Source: Desulfatiglandales bacterium (GTDB lineage: Bacteria; Desulfobacterota; DSM-4660; Desulfatiglandales; Desulfatiglandaceae). Taken from it: a stretch of 64,000 nucleotides of DNA. Within the stretch, counting starts at the first letter, position 1; every line of letters begins with the position of its first letter. The stretch is taken from NCBI GenBank assembly GCA_963662465.1, contig OY759599.1:2784001-2848000 (forward strand), given 5' to 3'. The notes under the pieces are model-generated. The model saw nothing but the letters and a program-made list of their open reading frames with translations, was not told the origin of the DNA and made no database searches. Below, one piece after another: positions 39,425 through 50,886 of this stretch. Position numbers and translations under genes: made by a program.

Positions 39425-40690
39425 TTAATTGTTTTCCGAGGCATGCAGATAGGGATAAATCGGAAATGCTTCACACAGCTCGGAAATAACGCCTTTAACC
39501 CGCCGTAAAACCGTTTCACTGGCGGGAGCGCTAAGAATATCGTTTATCAGTGCCGCAATTTTCAGAATTTCGGATTCTTTCATGCCCCGGGTCGTCAGCG
39601 CAGGCGTCCCCAGTCTCAATCCACTGGTAATTTTTGGGCCTTTTTTGTCAAAGGGAACCGTATTTTTATTGGCCACAATGCCGACTTCTCCAAGGGATCG
39701 TTCCGCATCGAGACCGGTAATCCCCTTAGCCGTCAGGTCAATGAGGACCAGGTGATTGTCCGTTCCGCCCGAGACCAGATCTAAGCCATACCCCGTAAGC
39801 GCTTCGGCCAGCACATGGGCATTGACCAGTACCTGCTTCTGATAAACCGCAAAATCAGGGCGTAAGGCCTCTTCAAAGGCGACGGCCTTCGCGGCAATGA
39901 TATGCATCAGAGGCCCCCCCTGGACTCCAGGGAAAACGCTTTTATCCAGCTTGGCCCCATATTCCTCGGAACAGAGGATCAAGCCGCCCCTTGGACCTCG
40001 GAGCGTCTTATGGGTGGTGCTGGTGATGAAATCCGCTTCCCCAACCGGGGAGGGATGAAGTCCCACGGCAACAAGACCCGCAATATGGGCCATATCAACC
40101 ATGAAATAGGCGCCCACATCACGAGCAATGTCCTTGAAGGCTGAAAAGTCAATGCGGCGCGGATAGGCGCTGGCGCCGGCGATAATGATTTTCGGTTTAT
40201 GTTTTCGGGCAAGATCGCGGACCTGATCATAATCGATCCGCTGGGTTTCAGGATGCAATCCGTAAAAAACAGGCTTATAAATCTTGCCGGAAAAACTGAC
40301 CGGGCTTCCGTGGGTAAGATGACCCCCGTGGGAAAGATCCATGCCCATGATCGTATCGCCGCTTTGCAGTAAGGAGAGGTATATGGCCATGTTTGCCTGT
40401 GAGCCGGAATGGGGCTGAACATTTGCGTGTTCTGAATTAAACAGCCTGTTGGCACGGTCTCGAGCCAACCGTTCAACCCTGTCCACGAAATCGCACCCCC
40501 CGTAATACCGAGCCCCGGGATACCCTTCGGCGTATTTATTGGTCATGACATTGGCCTGAGCTTCAATCACCGCACGACTCGCATAATTCTCGGACGCGAT
40601 CATCACCAGGCTTTGTCTTTCCCTGACCAGTTCAGCCTCAATCGCCTCGTAGACTTCGGAATCCGTTTCTTTTAGTGTTGGTTCGTTCAA
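39425..40690 (-). CDS. glyA: Serine hydroxymethyltransferase
   Basis: [32 protein letters not shown]. Confidence 0.98.
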   Translation of the reverse strand: MNEPTLKETDSEVYEAIEAELVRERQSLVMIASENYASRAVIEAQANVMTNKYAEGYPGARYYGGCDFVDRVERLARDRANRLFNSEHANVQPHSGSQANMAIYLSLLQSGDTIMGMDLSHGGHLTHGSPVSFSGKIYKPVFYGLHPETQRIDYDQVRDLARKHKPKIIIAGASAYPRRIDFSAFKDIARDVGAYFMVDMAHIAGLVAVGLHPSPVGEADFITSTTHKTLRGPRGGLILCSEEYGAKLDKSVFPGVQGGPLMHIIAAKAVAFEEALRPDFAVYQKQVLVNAHVLAEALTGYGLDLVSGGTDNHLVLIDLTAKGITGLDAERSLGEVGIVANKNTVPFDKKGPKITSGLRLGTPALTTRGMKESEILKIAALINDILSAPASETVLRRVKGVISELCEAFPIYPYLHASENN

Positions 40691-40703
40691 AACAACCCTC
40701 TAT

Positions 40704-41150
40704 CTATTTCTCTTCAATCTGGTTCAATCGCAATTCATGGCGCCCGCCTTCAAAGGGCGTCCGCAAAAAAAGGTCCACCATTTCAAGGGAGATGCCCTTT
40801 CCGATGACACGCCCCCCCATCACCAGGATATTGGCGTCATTGTGCTGCCGGCTCAGTCTGGCGGTGAAAAGGTTATGGCACAGACACGCCCTGACCCCTC
40901 GATAACGGTTTGCGACAACGCTCATGCCGATGCCCGTGCCGCATATGAGTATGCCGCGAGCGAATTTCCCTTCAGAAACCGCCCCGGAGACTTTATGCGC
41001 CACTTCAGGATAATCGATGGAATCCTCACTGAATGTGCCGGCGTCCGTAACATCCCAATCGTTCAGTGTTTCCATAAAACGCCGGCAGGCTTCCTTAAGT
41101 TCAAAACCGCCGTGATCCGATCCGATAATAATGTTCATGGGTTCACTCAT
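40704..41150 (-). CDS. rpiB: Ribose-5-phosphate isomerase B
   Basis: GSDHGG, ICGTGIG, HNDAN, FEGGRH. Confidence 0.96.
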   Translation of the reverse strand: MSEPMNIIIGSDHGGFELKEACRRFMETLNDWDVTDAGTFSEDSIDYPEVAHKVSGAVSEGKFARGILICGTGIGMSVVANRYRGVRACLCHNLFTARLSRQHNDANILVMGGRVIGKGISLEMVDLFLRTPFEGGRHELRLNQIEEK

Positions 41151-41157
41151 TTTGTTT

Positions 41158-42399
41158 TTAGGTTTCGTATGCCGCGAATATCAGAGAAGCATTGGTGCCG
41201 CCAAAGCCGAATGAATTGCTCATGGCGGTTCGCACCTGGGCCTTTCTGGCCACATTGGGCACATAGTCCAGATCGCAATCAGGATCCGGCGTTTCATAAT
41301 TTATAGTGGGGGGAATCACCCCATGTTTGATGGTCAGCAGCGAAAAAACCGACTCCGTTCCACCCGCCCCTCCCAGCAAATGACCCGTCATGGATTTTGT
41401 CGAACTGATGCTGAGCTTGTAGGCGTGTTCCTTAAACACTTCTTTAATCGCCTTGTTTTCCGAAGCATCGTTCAACTGGGTGGACGTGCCATGGGCATTG
41501 ATATAATCGATATCTTCGGGCTTGAAACCGGCAAAATCCAGGGCGTTTTTCATGCATGCGATGGCGCCTAAGCCTTCAGGATCCGGTGCGGACACATGAT
41601 AAGCATCGCCGGAAAGGCCATAGCCGACCACCTCGCCGTAAATTGATGCCCCCCGCTCAAGGGCATGTTCAAGTTCTTCCAGAATGAGGATGCCCGCGCC
41701 TTCACCAATGATAAATCCGTCACGATTCAGGTCAAAGGGTCTCGATGCCTTTTCAGGCGCATCATTGCACGTGGAAAGCGCCCGCATGGAACAAAACCCA
41801 CCCACTGCCAGAGGGGTCACCACGGATTCGGCCCCCCCGGTAAACATGACGTCCGCAAACCCTTCGCGAATGTATCTGAAAGCCTCGCCCACGGCGTGAG
41901 AACTGGCGGCGCAAGCCGTTTCAATGGAGATGTTGGGGCCTTTGGCGCCAAATTCAATGGCGATTTGTCCCGGCGCCATATTGGCGATAATACCCGGAAT
42001 AAAAAAAGGACTGATCCGCTTGGGTCCCTTTTCAAGGAGAACGGAATGATAATGTTCCAGCGTCGCCAAACCTCCCAGACCACTCCCCGTCACACAGCCC
42101 ACGCGATGGGCATTTTTTTGATCAATCTTAAGTTCGGCATCTTCCATGGCCATTCTTGCCGAAGCAACGGCATAATGGATGAAGACGTCAAATCGACGGA
42201 TCTCCTGCTTGGCCATAAAATCCTGGGGTCTGAAATCTTTTACCTCCCCCGCAATTTGGGATGCAAAACCGGAAGCATCAAATCTCGTGATGGTTCCGAT
42301 TCCCGATTTGCCGGAACAAGCCGCTTCCCAGTTTTTCGCTACCCCCGTCCCCAGCGGCGTCACCATTCCCAATCCCGTCGCCACAACCCTTCTGGTCAT
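41158..42399 (-). CDS. fabF: 3-oxoacyl-ACP synthase II
   Basis: RVVATGLG, TACAAS, NAHGTST, KSMTGHLLG; follows acpP. Confidence 0.95.
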   Translation of the reverse strand: MTRRVVATGLGMVTPLGTGVAKNWEAACSGKSGIGTITRFDASGFASQIAGEVKDFRPQDFMAKQEIRRFDVFIHYAVASARMAMEDAELKIDQKNAHRVGCVTGSGLGGLATLEHYHSVLLEKGPKRISPFFIPGIIANMAPGQIAIEFGAKGPNISIETACAASSHAVGEAFRYIREGFADVMFTGGAESVVTPLAVGGFCSMRALSTCNDAPEKASRPFDLNRDGFIIGEGAGILILEELEHALERGASIYGEVVGYGLSGDAYHVSAPDPEGLGAIACMKNALDFAGFKPEDIDYINAHGTSTQLNDASENKAIKEVFKEHAYKLSISSTKSMTGHLLGGAGGTESVFSLLTIKHGVIPPTINYETPDPDCDLDYVPNVARKAQVRTAMSNSFGFGGTNASLIFAAYET

Positions 42400-42517
42400 T
42401 TTATCGTTCCTCCGCAAGCCATTAGATTTTCAGATAAATACATCAAGTTCACCAGAGGGATAAATCCTGCAACCACTTGATCAAAGGTTGACCACTCAAT
42501 GATGGAGAGGTCACTTA

Positions 42518-42757
<240 letters not shown>

Positions 42758-42789
42758 CTACTACCTCCTCAAAATTGTTCTTTTCATTT

Positions 42790-43539
42790 TCACATATACA
42801 GGCCACCGTTCACATGAATGACCTGTCCGGTAATATATCCGGCGGCATCGGAACACAGCCAGTACACTGCCTCCGCCACGTCTTCCGGTTTACCTATCCT
42901 TCCCATGGGAATCTGCTTGAAAAAGTTTTCCTTTGCCTTATCGGATATCACCGCGGTCATTTCGGTGTCAATGAAACCGGGCGCCACGGCATTGACATTT
43001 ATCCCCCTGGCAGCCACTTCCCTGGCAATACTCTTGGTAAATCCCATAATGCCGGCTTTCGAAGCCGCATAATTGGACTGACCGAAATTCCCGATCTGTC
43101 CCACCACTGAGGATATGTTCACAATGGCGCCGTGCCGTTGTTGACTCATGGCGCGAATAATCGCTTTGGTGCAATTGAATACGCTCTTCAGGTTGACCCT
43201 CAACACATCATCCCAGACCTCCTCGCTCATTCGCAGCAGCAAGGTATCTCGGGTGATGCCGGCATTATTGACCAGCACATCGATCTTCTCATGTTTTTCA
43301 AGAATTTCACGAAATAATTGATCCGCCACGTCAAAGGAGGAGATGTCGGCCCGGTAAAATTCCGCTGCCACACCAACGGCCTTCAACTGATTCATTGTCT
43401 CATTACAGGGTTCATCCGAAGGATCGTAATGAATAATAATAATTTTCGCTTTTTCTTCCGCAAACCGATAGACCACACTGCGCCCGATCCCCTTTGACCC
43501 CCCCGTGACAACGACGGTCCTGGCATTTGAATCACTCAT
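42790..43539 (-). CDS. fabG: 3-oxoacyl-ACP reductase
   Basis: TGGSKGIG, NNAGITRD, YAASK. Confidence 0.95.
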   Translation of the reverse strand: MSDSNARTVVVTGGSKGIGRSVVYRFAEEKAKIIIIHYDPSDEPCNETMNQLKAVGVAAEFYRADISSFDVADQLFREILEKHEKIDVLVNNAGITRDTLLLRMSEEVWDDVLRVNLKSVFNCTKAIIRAMSQQRHGAIVNISSVVGQIGNFGQSNYAASKAGIMGFTKSIAREVAARGINVNAVAPGFIDTEMTAVISDKAKENFFKQIPMGRIGKPEDVAEAVYWLCSDAAGYITGQVIHVNGGLYM

Positions 43540-43566
43540 AATGGATTTCCTCTTTATGATAAGGTC

Positions 43567-44568
43567 CTATTCAAGATGATAGGATTCCAGCTGCAGGCTC
43601 ATTTTCTCAACTGTTCGGTTTTGGGCATACTGGGCCGCCATATGGATGGCATTCCGAATAGCTTTGGCGGAAGATCCCCCATGGCAAACCATTCCCACGC
43701 CTTTTATGCCCAGCAAGGGCGCACCACCGTACTCCTCGTAACTCAATTCCCGTGCAAAGCGAAAAAATGCTTTGCGACTCAAAGCCAAGGCAATTCGGCC
43801 TTTAAACGAACGCATTAGTTCCCTTTTCATCATCCGGGCCATGGACGCTACGATCCCTTCCGTTAATTTAAGGGCCACATTTCCCACAAAGCCGTCGCAC
43901 ACAACAATTTTGACGTCCCCTTTGAGGAAATCCCTGCCTTCGATATTACCGACAAAGTTCAGGGAACTGCTTGCGTTTTTAAATAAATCATACGTACAAC
44001 GCACCAGTTCATTGCCTTTGCCCCCTTCTTCACCAATGTTAAGAAGCGCAATCTCGGGATTGGTCATCTCCAGGCAGGAACAGCCGAAGGCATGGGCCAT
44101 GACGCCGAACTGAAACAGCTGAGCCGGTCGGCAATCCACATTGGCGCCCGCGTCAATCAAAATAATCGGGCCTTTTTCCGTCGGGACAATGCTTGCAATC
44201 GCCGGCCTTTCGACACCTCTAATCCGACCCAGAGCCAGAACGCCCGCAGCCAGGGTCGCACCGGAATTCCCAGCACTGATAACCGCATCGGCTCGGCCTT
44301 CCTTTGCAAGGCCGAACGCCACACGAATAGAACTGTCCTTTTTTTTTCGAAGGGCCTTAAGCGGAGACTCGCCCATTCCCACGACGTCTTCACAGTGATG
44401 AATGGAAACATGACCATTTGCCGCACGAGCATCAAGGAGCCCTGTCAGCACAGTCTCATGCCCCACAAGGATAACGTGGATGCCAAATTTGGAAGCGGCC
44501 TCCAGAGCTCCCTGGACCACCACTTCCGGAGCATCATCTCCACCCATGGCGTCCACAGCAATCTTCAT
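43567..44568 (-). CDS. plsX: Phosphate acyltransferase
   Basis: IAVDAMGGD, SAGNSGA, DGFVGN. Confidence 0.96.
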   Translation of the reverse strand: MKIAVDAMGGDDAPEVVVQGALEAASKFGIHVILVGHETVLTGLLDARAANGHVSIHHCEDVVGMGESPLKALRKKKDSSIRVAFGLAKEGRADAVISAGNSGATLAAGVLALGRIRGVERPAIASIVPTEKGPIILIDAGANVDCRPAQLFQFGVMAHAFGCSCLEMTNPEIALLNIGEEGGKGNELVRCTYDLFKNASSSLNFVGNIEGRDFLKGDVKIVVCDGFVGNVALKLTEGIVASMARMMKRELMRSFKGRIALALSRKAFFRFARELSYEEYGGAPLLGIKGVGMVCHGGSSAKAIRNAIHMAAQYAQNRTVEKMSLQLESYHLE

Positions 44569-44570
44569 TG

Positions 44571-44753
44571 TTAGCTCTCTTCAGCTTTAATGATGCTCCT
44601 GCCCTTATAGGCGCCGCATTCCGGGCACACATGATGGGGTAAAACAGGTTCATGACACTGTGGGCAGCTTGTGACGTTAGACAATTTAACGGTGTCGTGG
44701 GTACGCCTTGAATCCCGCTTTGCTTTTGATTTCTTTTTTTTGGGTACAGCCAT
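44571..44753 (-). CDS. rpmF: 50S ribosomal protein L32
   Basis: MAVPKKKKSK..CPQC..HHVCPECG. Confidence 0.96.
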   Translation of the reverse strand: MAVPKKKKSKAKRDSRRTHDTVKLSNVTSCPQCHEPVLPHHVCPECGAYKGRSIIKAEES

Positions 44754-44844
44754 AATTTGGGTTTGCTCCGCTTCACCTTCCACTTAAGAAAAAATCGATT
44801 TTCCCGTGGCGGCATAAAGATTAATGGTTAACGCGATCCTAAAT

Positions 44845-45387
44845 TTAAAGTTCTTCCTGAATTTTCAAGGCTTTCAATTTTAAGAAGGCAGGATGTCCGA
44901 CCTTTTCGATGCATTTGCAGATTTCCATATTTAAATTGACGCCGCATCGGGAACAAAATCCCGCGCAGTCTTTCCGACACAAAAGCTTCATGGGCAATGA
45001 CAGATAGATCTGTTCCCGGATAATATCGTTCAGGTCAATTTTTTCGGCTGCAACAAATCCAACCGCCAGATCCTCTTTTTCCAACTCCGTTTCACTCTGA
45101 AGCGGGTCCAAGAGGGCGTCAGGCAAGAGAACCAGTCGAAAATCACGGCTCACGGCAAGGGTATATGCTTCAAGACACCGATCGCAAACGACCCGAAGTC
45201 TTCCCCTTACATGGCCATTCACCGTATAACTGTTATCTTCCCTGGAAACTGAAATCTTTGCATTCAGAGGACCCTCCAAGCCCTGGATCTGCTCATCGTT
45301 ATCGCTCTCCCGCCACCAATCGGGTTGAATCATCAAATCAAAATGGCGAGGGCTCCTTGAAATGCTTTTCAGGTCAACGATCATCAC
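44845..45387 (-). CDS. YceD/DUF177 family protein
   Basis: CDRCL and LCRKDCAGFCSRCG; sits upstream of rpmF. Confidence 0.9.
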   Translation of the reverse strand: MMIVDLKSISRSPRHFDLMIQPDWWRESDNDEQIQGLEGPLNAKISVSREDNSYTVNGHVRGRLRVVCDRCLEAYTLAVSRDFRLVLLPDALLDPLQSETELEKEDLAVGFVAAEKIDLNDIIREQIYLSLPMKLLCRKDCAGFCSRCGVNLNMEICKCIEKVGHPAFLKLKALKIQEEL

Positions 45388-45442
45388 GCCTAAACCTTAA
45401 AAAAAAACAGCACAATAGGATCTTTCCGAATCAAAAGAGGTG

Positions 45443-45470
45443 AGTATATAAAAACCCCTTGTTTTGTCAA
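45443..45470 (-). promoter_or_regulatory. Putative sigma70 promoter for the yceD-rpmF-plsX block
   Basis: TTGACA-16-TATACT on the minus strand. Confidence 0.55.
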
Positions 45471-45554
45471 GAAATTTTATCGGTTTCGTTTAAAACAAAA
45501 CACCCCTGAAGTTTTTACAGGGTCCGTTCAAAATTCCAAATTGTTCTTTTTTTA

Positions 45555-45584
45555 TTGACACTTATACCTATTCTTTGTTATCCT
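45555..45584 (+). promoter_or_regulatory. Putative divergent sigma70 promoter
   Basis: TTGACA-18-TATCCT with a TG extension. Confidence 0.45.
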
Positions 45585-45673
45585 TACGAAGTATTTAACA
45601 TTATTTTGGGTCTTCTTTCAAAGACGGGTTGTGCCGTATACCCTAAAAATGGACTGAAGGTCAAGGAGTCTGT

Positions 45674-46741
45674 TTGCCCATGTGGAAATACCGGGAACAA
45701 CTGAGTTATTTTGAAAAACTGAGACGATCCATCTATGAAAATCTCAGAGACGACCTGGAACGTCGTCTGATAAAAATAGCGCTTATCGGTTCCTATAACC
45801 AATTCAGGGAAAATGGCGTCGAATATCGTTTTGTTGAAAAGAGCGAGCTAAAACCAAAATCAAAGAAGATGGAGAAGGAATCCAAATTCTTCAATACATT
45901 TCTGGTTATCATATGTGAAAACGTCATCAGCAATGAACTGAAAAACTATATCCGTTTTTACCCTGAAAACAGCGTGGCAAAAAAAAACCTTGAATATCTA
46001 GCCGATTTCACACTTTACAATAAATTTCATAAAAATCTCAAATATTTTGATTCTCCCAAGAGCATCGATCTTCTGGAAGAACTTCTCGATATCGATTATG
46101 CACTCCTCATACAACAGGACCCGACCGTCAAAACGAAAAACCGATATTCGCTCACGAATTTTCATGTAAAAATAGACTGGCCCATTGCCGATGCCGCCGA
46201 AAACCTGGCCAAAGGCTTACGGTACATTCAAAACAATCTCTACGAAAATGGAGATAAGGACGCCCGTATTCTCCAAAACAAACTGTTTGAATATTATGGC
46301 TGCCACTACAGCGTCGGCGGCAGACGAACCGCGGGGTTGATTGCCGCACAGCTCTTGAGAAAACTGGACGGCATTTGCACGGTGTTTGTATCCAGCTCGG
46401 AATCGAGGACCCTGTATCGATACTCTGAAAGAGGCGTTTCAAAATTTTTTCTAGTGCAACTCACGGAAGAACAACTATCCCCCATTGCCGGGGGCCAGGG
46501 AATCAGTGTGGATTTTTTAAAATCAAACTACCTGCATTCCGAAGAAACAAAATATGTTGCCATCCTGGAAGCAGCCTACAGCCACACGGTTCACTCCAGA
46601 CCGCCAAAGGACGGCAAACTCAGAAAAATAAAACCGGCGTATAACTGGCTCAGGCTTAGAGATGAATTTCTGCTTGCGAAACTGAGTTCCCCTCATGCAA
46701 AGCCGATTCCTTACAGTTGGGTCTACGCCGCGGATGGCTAA
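45674..46741 (+). CDS. Hypothetical protein
   Basis: 355-aa ORF with AAGGAG RBS, 31 nt upstream of gltX; no motif recognised. Confidence 0.75.
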   Translation: MPMWKYREQLSYFEKLRRSIYENLRDDLERRLIKIALIGSYNQFRENGVEYRFVEKSELKPKSKKMEKESKFFNTFLVIICENVISNELKNYIRFYPENSVAKKNLEYLADFTLYNKFHKNLKYFDSPKSIDLLEELLDIDYALLIQQDPTVKTKNRYSLTNFHVKIDWPIADAAENLAKGLRYIQNNLYENGDKDARILQNKLFEYYGCHYSVGGRRTAGLIAAQLLRKLDGICTVFVSSSESRTLYRYSERGVSKFFLVQLTEEQLSPIAGGQGISVDFLKSNYLHSEETKYVAILEAAYSHTVHSRPPKDGKLRKIKPAYNWLRLRDEFLLAKLSSPHAKPIPYSWVYAADG

Positions 46742-46772
46742 AAACGATTTAATGGAGGCATTATTTTTTTAA

Positions 46773-48179
46773 ATGGAAAAACCAACCATTGTTACCCGAT
46801 TCCCCCCCAGTCCCACAGGCTATCTTCATATCGGCGGTTCAAGAACGGCCCTTTTCAACTGGCTCTTTACACGACAAAAAGGCGGCAAGTTCATCCTGCG
46901 TATTGAAGATACGGACGAGGAAAGATCGTCTGACGCCGCCACCGAAGCGATCCTGGAATCCATGAAATGGCTGGGGCTCTCATGGGATGAAGGACCCTAC
47001 TTTCAATCCCGACGATACGATCTTTATAACACCGTGATCGACCGATTGCTGGATATGGGGCAGGCCTATCACTGTCATTGTTCGCCGGAAGTGCTGGAAC
47101 AAAAAAGAAATGAAGCCCACGCCAAGGGGTTGAAACCTAAATATGACGGCACATGCCGCGATCTGGGGCTCGGTCCTGCACCCGGATCGGTGGTCCGCCT
47201 CAAAACGCCGAGAACGGGAACAACCGGATTTGACGACCTGGTCAAGGGCCCCATCCGCTTTGAAAACGAGGAATTGGACGATCTCATCATCAAACGATCC
47301 AACGGCAGCCCCACTTATCATCTGGCTGTGGTGGCCGATGATATTGATCTGGGCATCACCTATATCATCCGGGGGGACGACCATGTCAACAACACCCCCC
47401 GACAGATCCTCATTTACAAGGCCCTGGGCGAACCCCTGCCCCAATACGCACACCTGCCCATGATTCTGGGACCCGACAAAGCCCGACTCAGCAAGCGGCA
47501 CGGCGCCATGAGCGTACTGGCCTATCGGGACATGGGCTACCTGCCCCATGCCCTGCTCAATGCCCTTGCACGAGTGGGCTGGTCTTACGGGGACCAGGAA
47601 AAATTTTCAATGGAAGAAATGATCGAAAAATTTTCAATGGACCATGTGGGAAAATCAGCAGGGGTATTCAACACCGAAAAGCTCCTGGATCTCAATGCTT
47701 GGTATATCCGGGAATCTTCGGATGAATTTCTGGTGGAGAGGCTGATCCCCTTTCTCGAAAAACTGGGGATTACTCAGCCGGAGGAGGCCCTTCTAAAAGG
47801 AATCGTGCCACATCTCAAGGCCAGAAGCAAAACGTTGGTTGAAATGGCGGAAGGAGCAAAATTCTGTTTTGATGAAGAAATCAAATACGAGAAAAAGGGC
47901 GATGACAAGTTTTTAAAAAAAGACATGGCTGAATTGCTGAACAGCCTGGCCGATACCCTTTCCGAGACACCGCGATTTGATCAAGAGACCCTTGAAAAGA
48001 CCTTTATATCGTTTTTAGAAGAAAAAGAGATCAAATTAAAGAAAATCGCGCAACCCTTGCGCATTGCATTGACGGGAAAAACCGCCAGCCCCGGGATCTT
48101 TGAAGTGATGCAGGTTCTGGGAAAGGAAACGGTTATCGACCGAATCCGCAAGGCGGTTGACTACATCAACGCCAAGTGA
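46773..48179 (+). CDS. gltX: Glutamate--tRNA ligase
   Basis: RFPPSPTGYLHIGG, LRIEDTD, RGDDH, LSKRHG. Confidence 0.97.
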   Translation: MEKPTIVTRFPPSPTGYLHIGGSRTALFNWLFTRQKGGKFILRIEDTDEERSSDAATEAILESMKWLGLSWDEGPYFQSRRYDLYNTVIDRLLDMGQAYHCHCSPEVLEQKRNEAHAKGLKPKYDGTCRDLGLGPAPGSVVRLKTPRTGTTGFDDLVKGPIRFENEELDDLIIKRSNGSPTYHLAVVADDIDLGITYIIRGDDHVNNTPRQILIYKALGEPLPQYAHLPMILGPDKARLSKRHGAMSVLAYRDMGYLPHALLNALARVGWSYGDQEKFSMEEMIEKFSMDHVGKSAGVFNTEKLLDLNAWYIRESSDEFLVERLIPFLEKLGITQPEEALLKGIVPHLKARSKTLVEMAEGAKFCFDEEIKYEKKGDDKFLKKDMAELLNSLADTLSETPRFDQETLEKTFISFLEEKEIKLKKIAQPLRIALTGKTASPGIFEVMQVLGKETVIDRIRKAVDYINAK

Positions 48180-48399
48180 GTTTTTCTTAAAGGCGCTAAA
48201 TTTTCGTTCAATAGAGGCAAGGAAAAACATGGAACTTTCCCAAGGTTGCTATGGCACAGGCGTGGGTAACGCCATTGAGTTCGCCAACGCTGAAATGGCT
48301 TTGACCCTGTCAAAAAATGACCTTGTGGACGCCACATACGGATACCTCCAGGACCTTGCTCGCCTGGAACATGCGGTGGAACTGGAGACAGGGTTATGA
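48180..48399 (+). pseudogene. C-terminal relic of a TolC-like outer membrane protein
   Basis: ARKNMELSQGCYGTGVGNAIEFANAEMAL..DATYGY..ARLEHAV resembles the TolC-family C-terminal repeat. Confidence 0.55.
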
Positions 48400-48965
48400 A
48401 CCTCCGGTCAAGAATTGATATGCCACTATAAGGTCCCCTCTCGTTTTCTCGTTCAGTATTGGGTTCCAAGCATCATTTCGATCCAAAACAATCAATAGCC
48501 GCTTTTTCCACCATTCCGACCTAATACATCGTTGTTGGTTAACGGCTATGTAATCATTTAATGGCTTCCTGGAATGCCGTTGTTTTCTTATGTACAGCCT
48601 ATCATTTTTTATTCTTCAAGGCTGCAAAGAAAAGATGCACGCACATCCGAGAAGCCTGTAGATTAAGTGCCATTCCAACTTTCTCTTTTAATTTTAACCT
48701 TTGTGGGGTTTTATCCCGCACTTGGTTTTTTTGTCAGTGTTAAAGTCGACCCATGGCACTCAAGAAAAACTTATGTTAAAGTGGAACACATGTCAAGATC
48801 GATTTTCATGAAATTTAATCTACCAAAATATTGGGGGAAATATATGCGGGCCTACAAATAAGCCTATAATGCGGGTAACACCCGCAACCCAGCTAATCTG
48901 TTTTGCTTCCGCTGTTATTCATTCGCCATCACAGACTATATGGATTATTCCGGCTGAATATCAGT

Positions 48966-49295
48966 TTATTCAACATTCTTGAGTTGAAGACCTGATCCTG
49001 TCTTTTTGACTTCAAACACCTGACCTTCCTTGATTTCCAAGGTTTCAACAAGCGCTTTTGGGATAACAATAGACCCTCTTGAATTAACACTTACTTTCGT
49101 ATTGACTGGTTTTGAACTTTTAGGTTTCCCCTTAATTTCTGGAGCTATTCCAGATTTCATCAAGGCGTTTGCATAAGCAACTTTCAGTTGAGTTGAGGTC
49201 TTAAAACCAAATCTTTCCATTATTTCTGATTGGTTTGTGTTTTCTTTAATAATTTTAAGTAAAGCGTCATTGTCAATTTCTTTTCTTTTGGTCAC
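48966..49295 (-). CDS. AbrB/SpoVT-domain DNA-binding protein
   Basis: VSVNSRGSIVIPKALVETLEIKEGQVFEV; GGAG-GTG start. Confidence 0.8.
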   Translation of the reverse strand: MTKRKEIDNDALLKIIKENTNQSEIMERFGFKTSTQLKVAYANALMKSGIAPEIKGKPKSSKPVNTKVSVNSRGSIVIPKALVETLEIKEGQVFEVKKTGSGLQLKNVE

Positions 49296-49668
49296 TGAAC
49301 TTCTCCTTACAACTAAAGCTTTTTCGTTTCATTCTCTTCTTTTCTTTTCTTATTATATAATCGCACATTTTTGATTACATCAATAAAAAAAAACACTACC
49401 ACTATAGCAAATACTCCAAAAAAAAGGTATTTAAACGACATTTTCAATAATCCTAACTTTTACTATGGTATATTTAAAATTTCTATTTTATTCTCTTCCC
49501 TGCCAACTGTCTCAGGAGAGAAACTTGGAATTGAATGGTAAAATTTTTCTAATATTCCTCAAATTGATGTTTTCATTTTTTATACTAGAACCTCAACATT
49601 AATTGTCTTAACGAGTACAAATGCATGGTTGTGTCTTATGCTATGAAAAACAATTTATCTTTTTAAAA

Positions 49669-50358
49669 CTAATCATCCTCACAAAGAGCTTCCCAATCCA
49701 TCCTTTTCTTTGTCTTGTTAACCAGCAACCCCAGATCCTGCAACCGAATGATCATGGCATGTTTGGAAACATTGGAAAATCCACCAGCTTCACACATAGC
49801 GGCGGCGATAAAAGGCCATTGCTCAAGAAAGGGTTCTTCACCAGACCCTCCATTTGCATCATTGATGGAATTCTTGATAATCAAGGGGTCGGGAGCGCAG
49901 ACCTTCTCAAATGCCTCCCGGGTCTCTTTTTCCGGCATCAAAAGACAGGAAGCAAAGTAATCGGCCTGCCATTCTATGGTATCCTTGCTGTTTTTTTTCG
50001 ATACAATGACTTGCATGGAGCCATCTTTTCCTTGAACATTAATATGCTGACGATGCAATACCCAATGCCCTATCTCATGAGCAATGGTAAAAACCAATCG
50101 TCCTTCAGACCCATACTCAAATAGCCTTTCGTTGACACAAATGGTCTTTAATTTGACATAAGTCGCTCCAAGAACATCCCTGGTTCCAAACATCTTGTCA
50201 AGATCATGGTAGATCAGCTTTAACCCTAAATACCGCTCAATAATGTCTTCAACCGGTATAGGGGGTTGGACTTCATATTTTGCTAATAACTGAAAATTAT
50301 TGATCAGCTCAAGGGCCTTTAGAGCGATTTTTTCTTTGGATAGCCAGGGTACTTTCAT
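49669..50358 (-). CDS. ImmA/IrrE family metallo-endopeptidase
   Basis: PIPVEDI, FTIAHEIGH (HExxH), EWQADYFASCLLMP. Confidence 0.9.
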   Translation of the reverse strand: MKVPWLSKEKIALKALELINNFQLLAKYEVQPPIPVEDIIERYLGLKLIYHDLDKMFGTRDVLGATYVKLKTICVNERLFEYGSEGRLVFTIAHEIGHWVLHRQHINVQGKDGSMQVIVSKKNSKDTIEWQADYFASCLLMPEKETREAFEKVCAPDPLIIKNSINDANGGSGEEPFLEQWPFIAAAMCEAGGFSNVSKHAMIIRLQDLGLLVNKTKKRMDWEALCEDD

Positions 50359-50550
50359 GGTTTATCCCTTTCAAGCTTAGTCAATGCCATCAAGAAAGAC
50401 AGTATAGTTGCCTTTCTTGATGACATCAATCATTTTTGAATCAGTTACAGAGTGAAGATTAGAAATAATTTTTTCATGATGGTCATATTTATATTTAAAA
50501 CTGGCACAAGATCTTGAAGAGACGAAAGATTTATCCAGGAACAATCCCCT

Positions 50551-50886
50551 TTAAAATTTCATTTTACTACTCTCATGGAGTAAGTTCGCCGCAGCCTGGC
50601 CCACAATAAGTCGATGATCATCGCAGGCACAGCATCCATATGGATCATATCTTGTCCGTTCAATTTTCTGCAGGATTCCAGCAGCCCCCCTGTTCCCTTT
50701 CAATAATCCAAATTCATCCCTGATGTGCGGTGCCATGGTCCTGTGAATGGAACTGAGATCAAACCGATTCATCTTTGCAATTCTTGTTTTGTCTTTTAAC
50801 GGCAATTGTGCAATCAGATGGTCTATGGCTCCTTCGATGGTCGTAGGGACATCATTTGGCGGTTTTCTTTCTTGTAAGCCGCTCAT
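50551..50886 (-). pseudogene. DUF6794-like protein with a frameshift in a G6 run (50685-50690)
   Basis: Removing one G gives ..EFGLLKGNRGLLESCR..MIIDLLWARLRRTYSMRVVK*; family name recalled, not searched. Confidence 0.55.

Noticed and set aside
48404..48416. 13-nt match (CCGGTCAAGAATT) to the inner part of the IS right end
   Set aside because: Lacks the terminal CAGCAATT; may be chance
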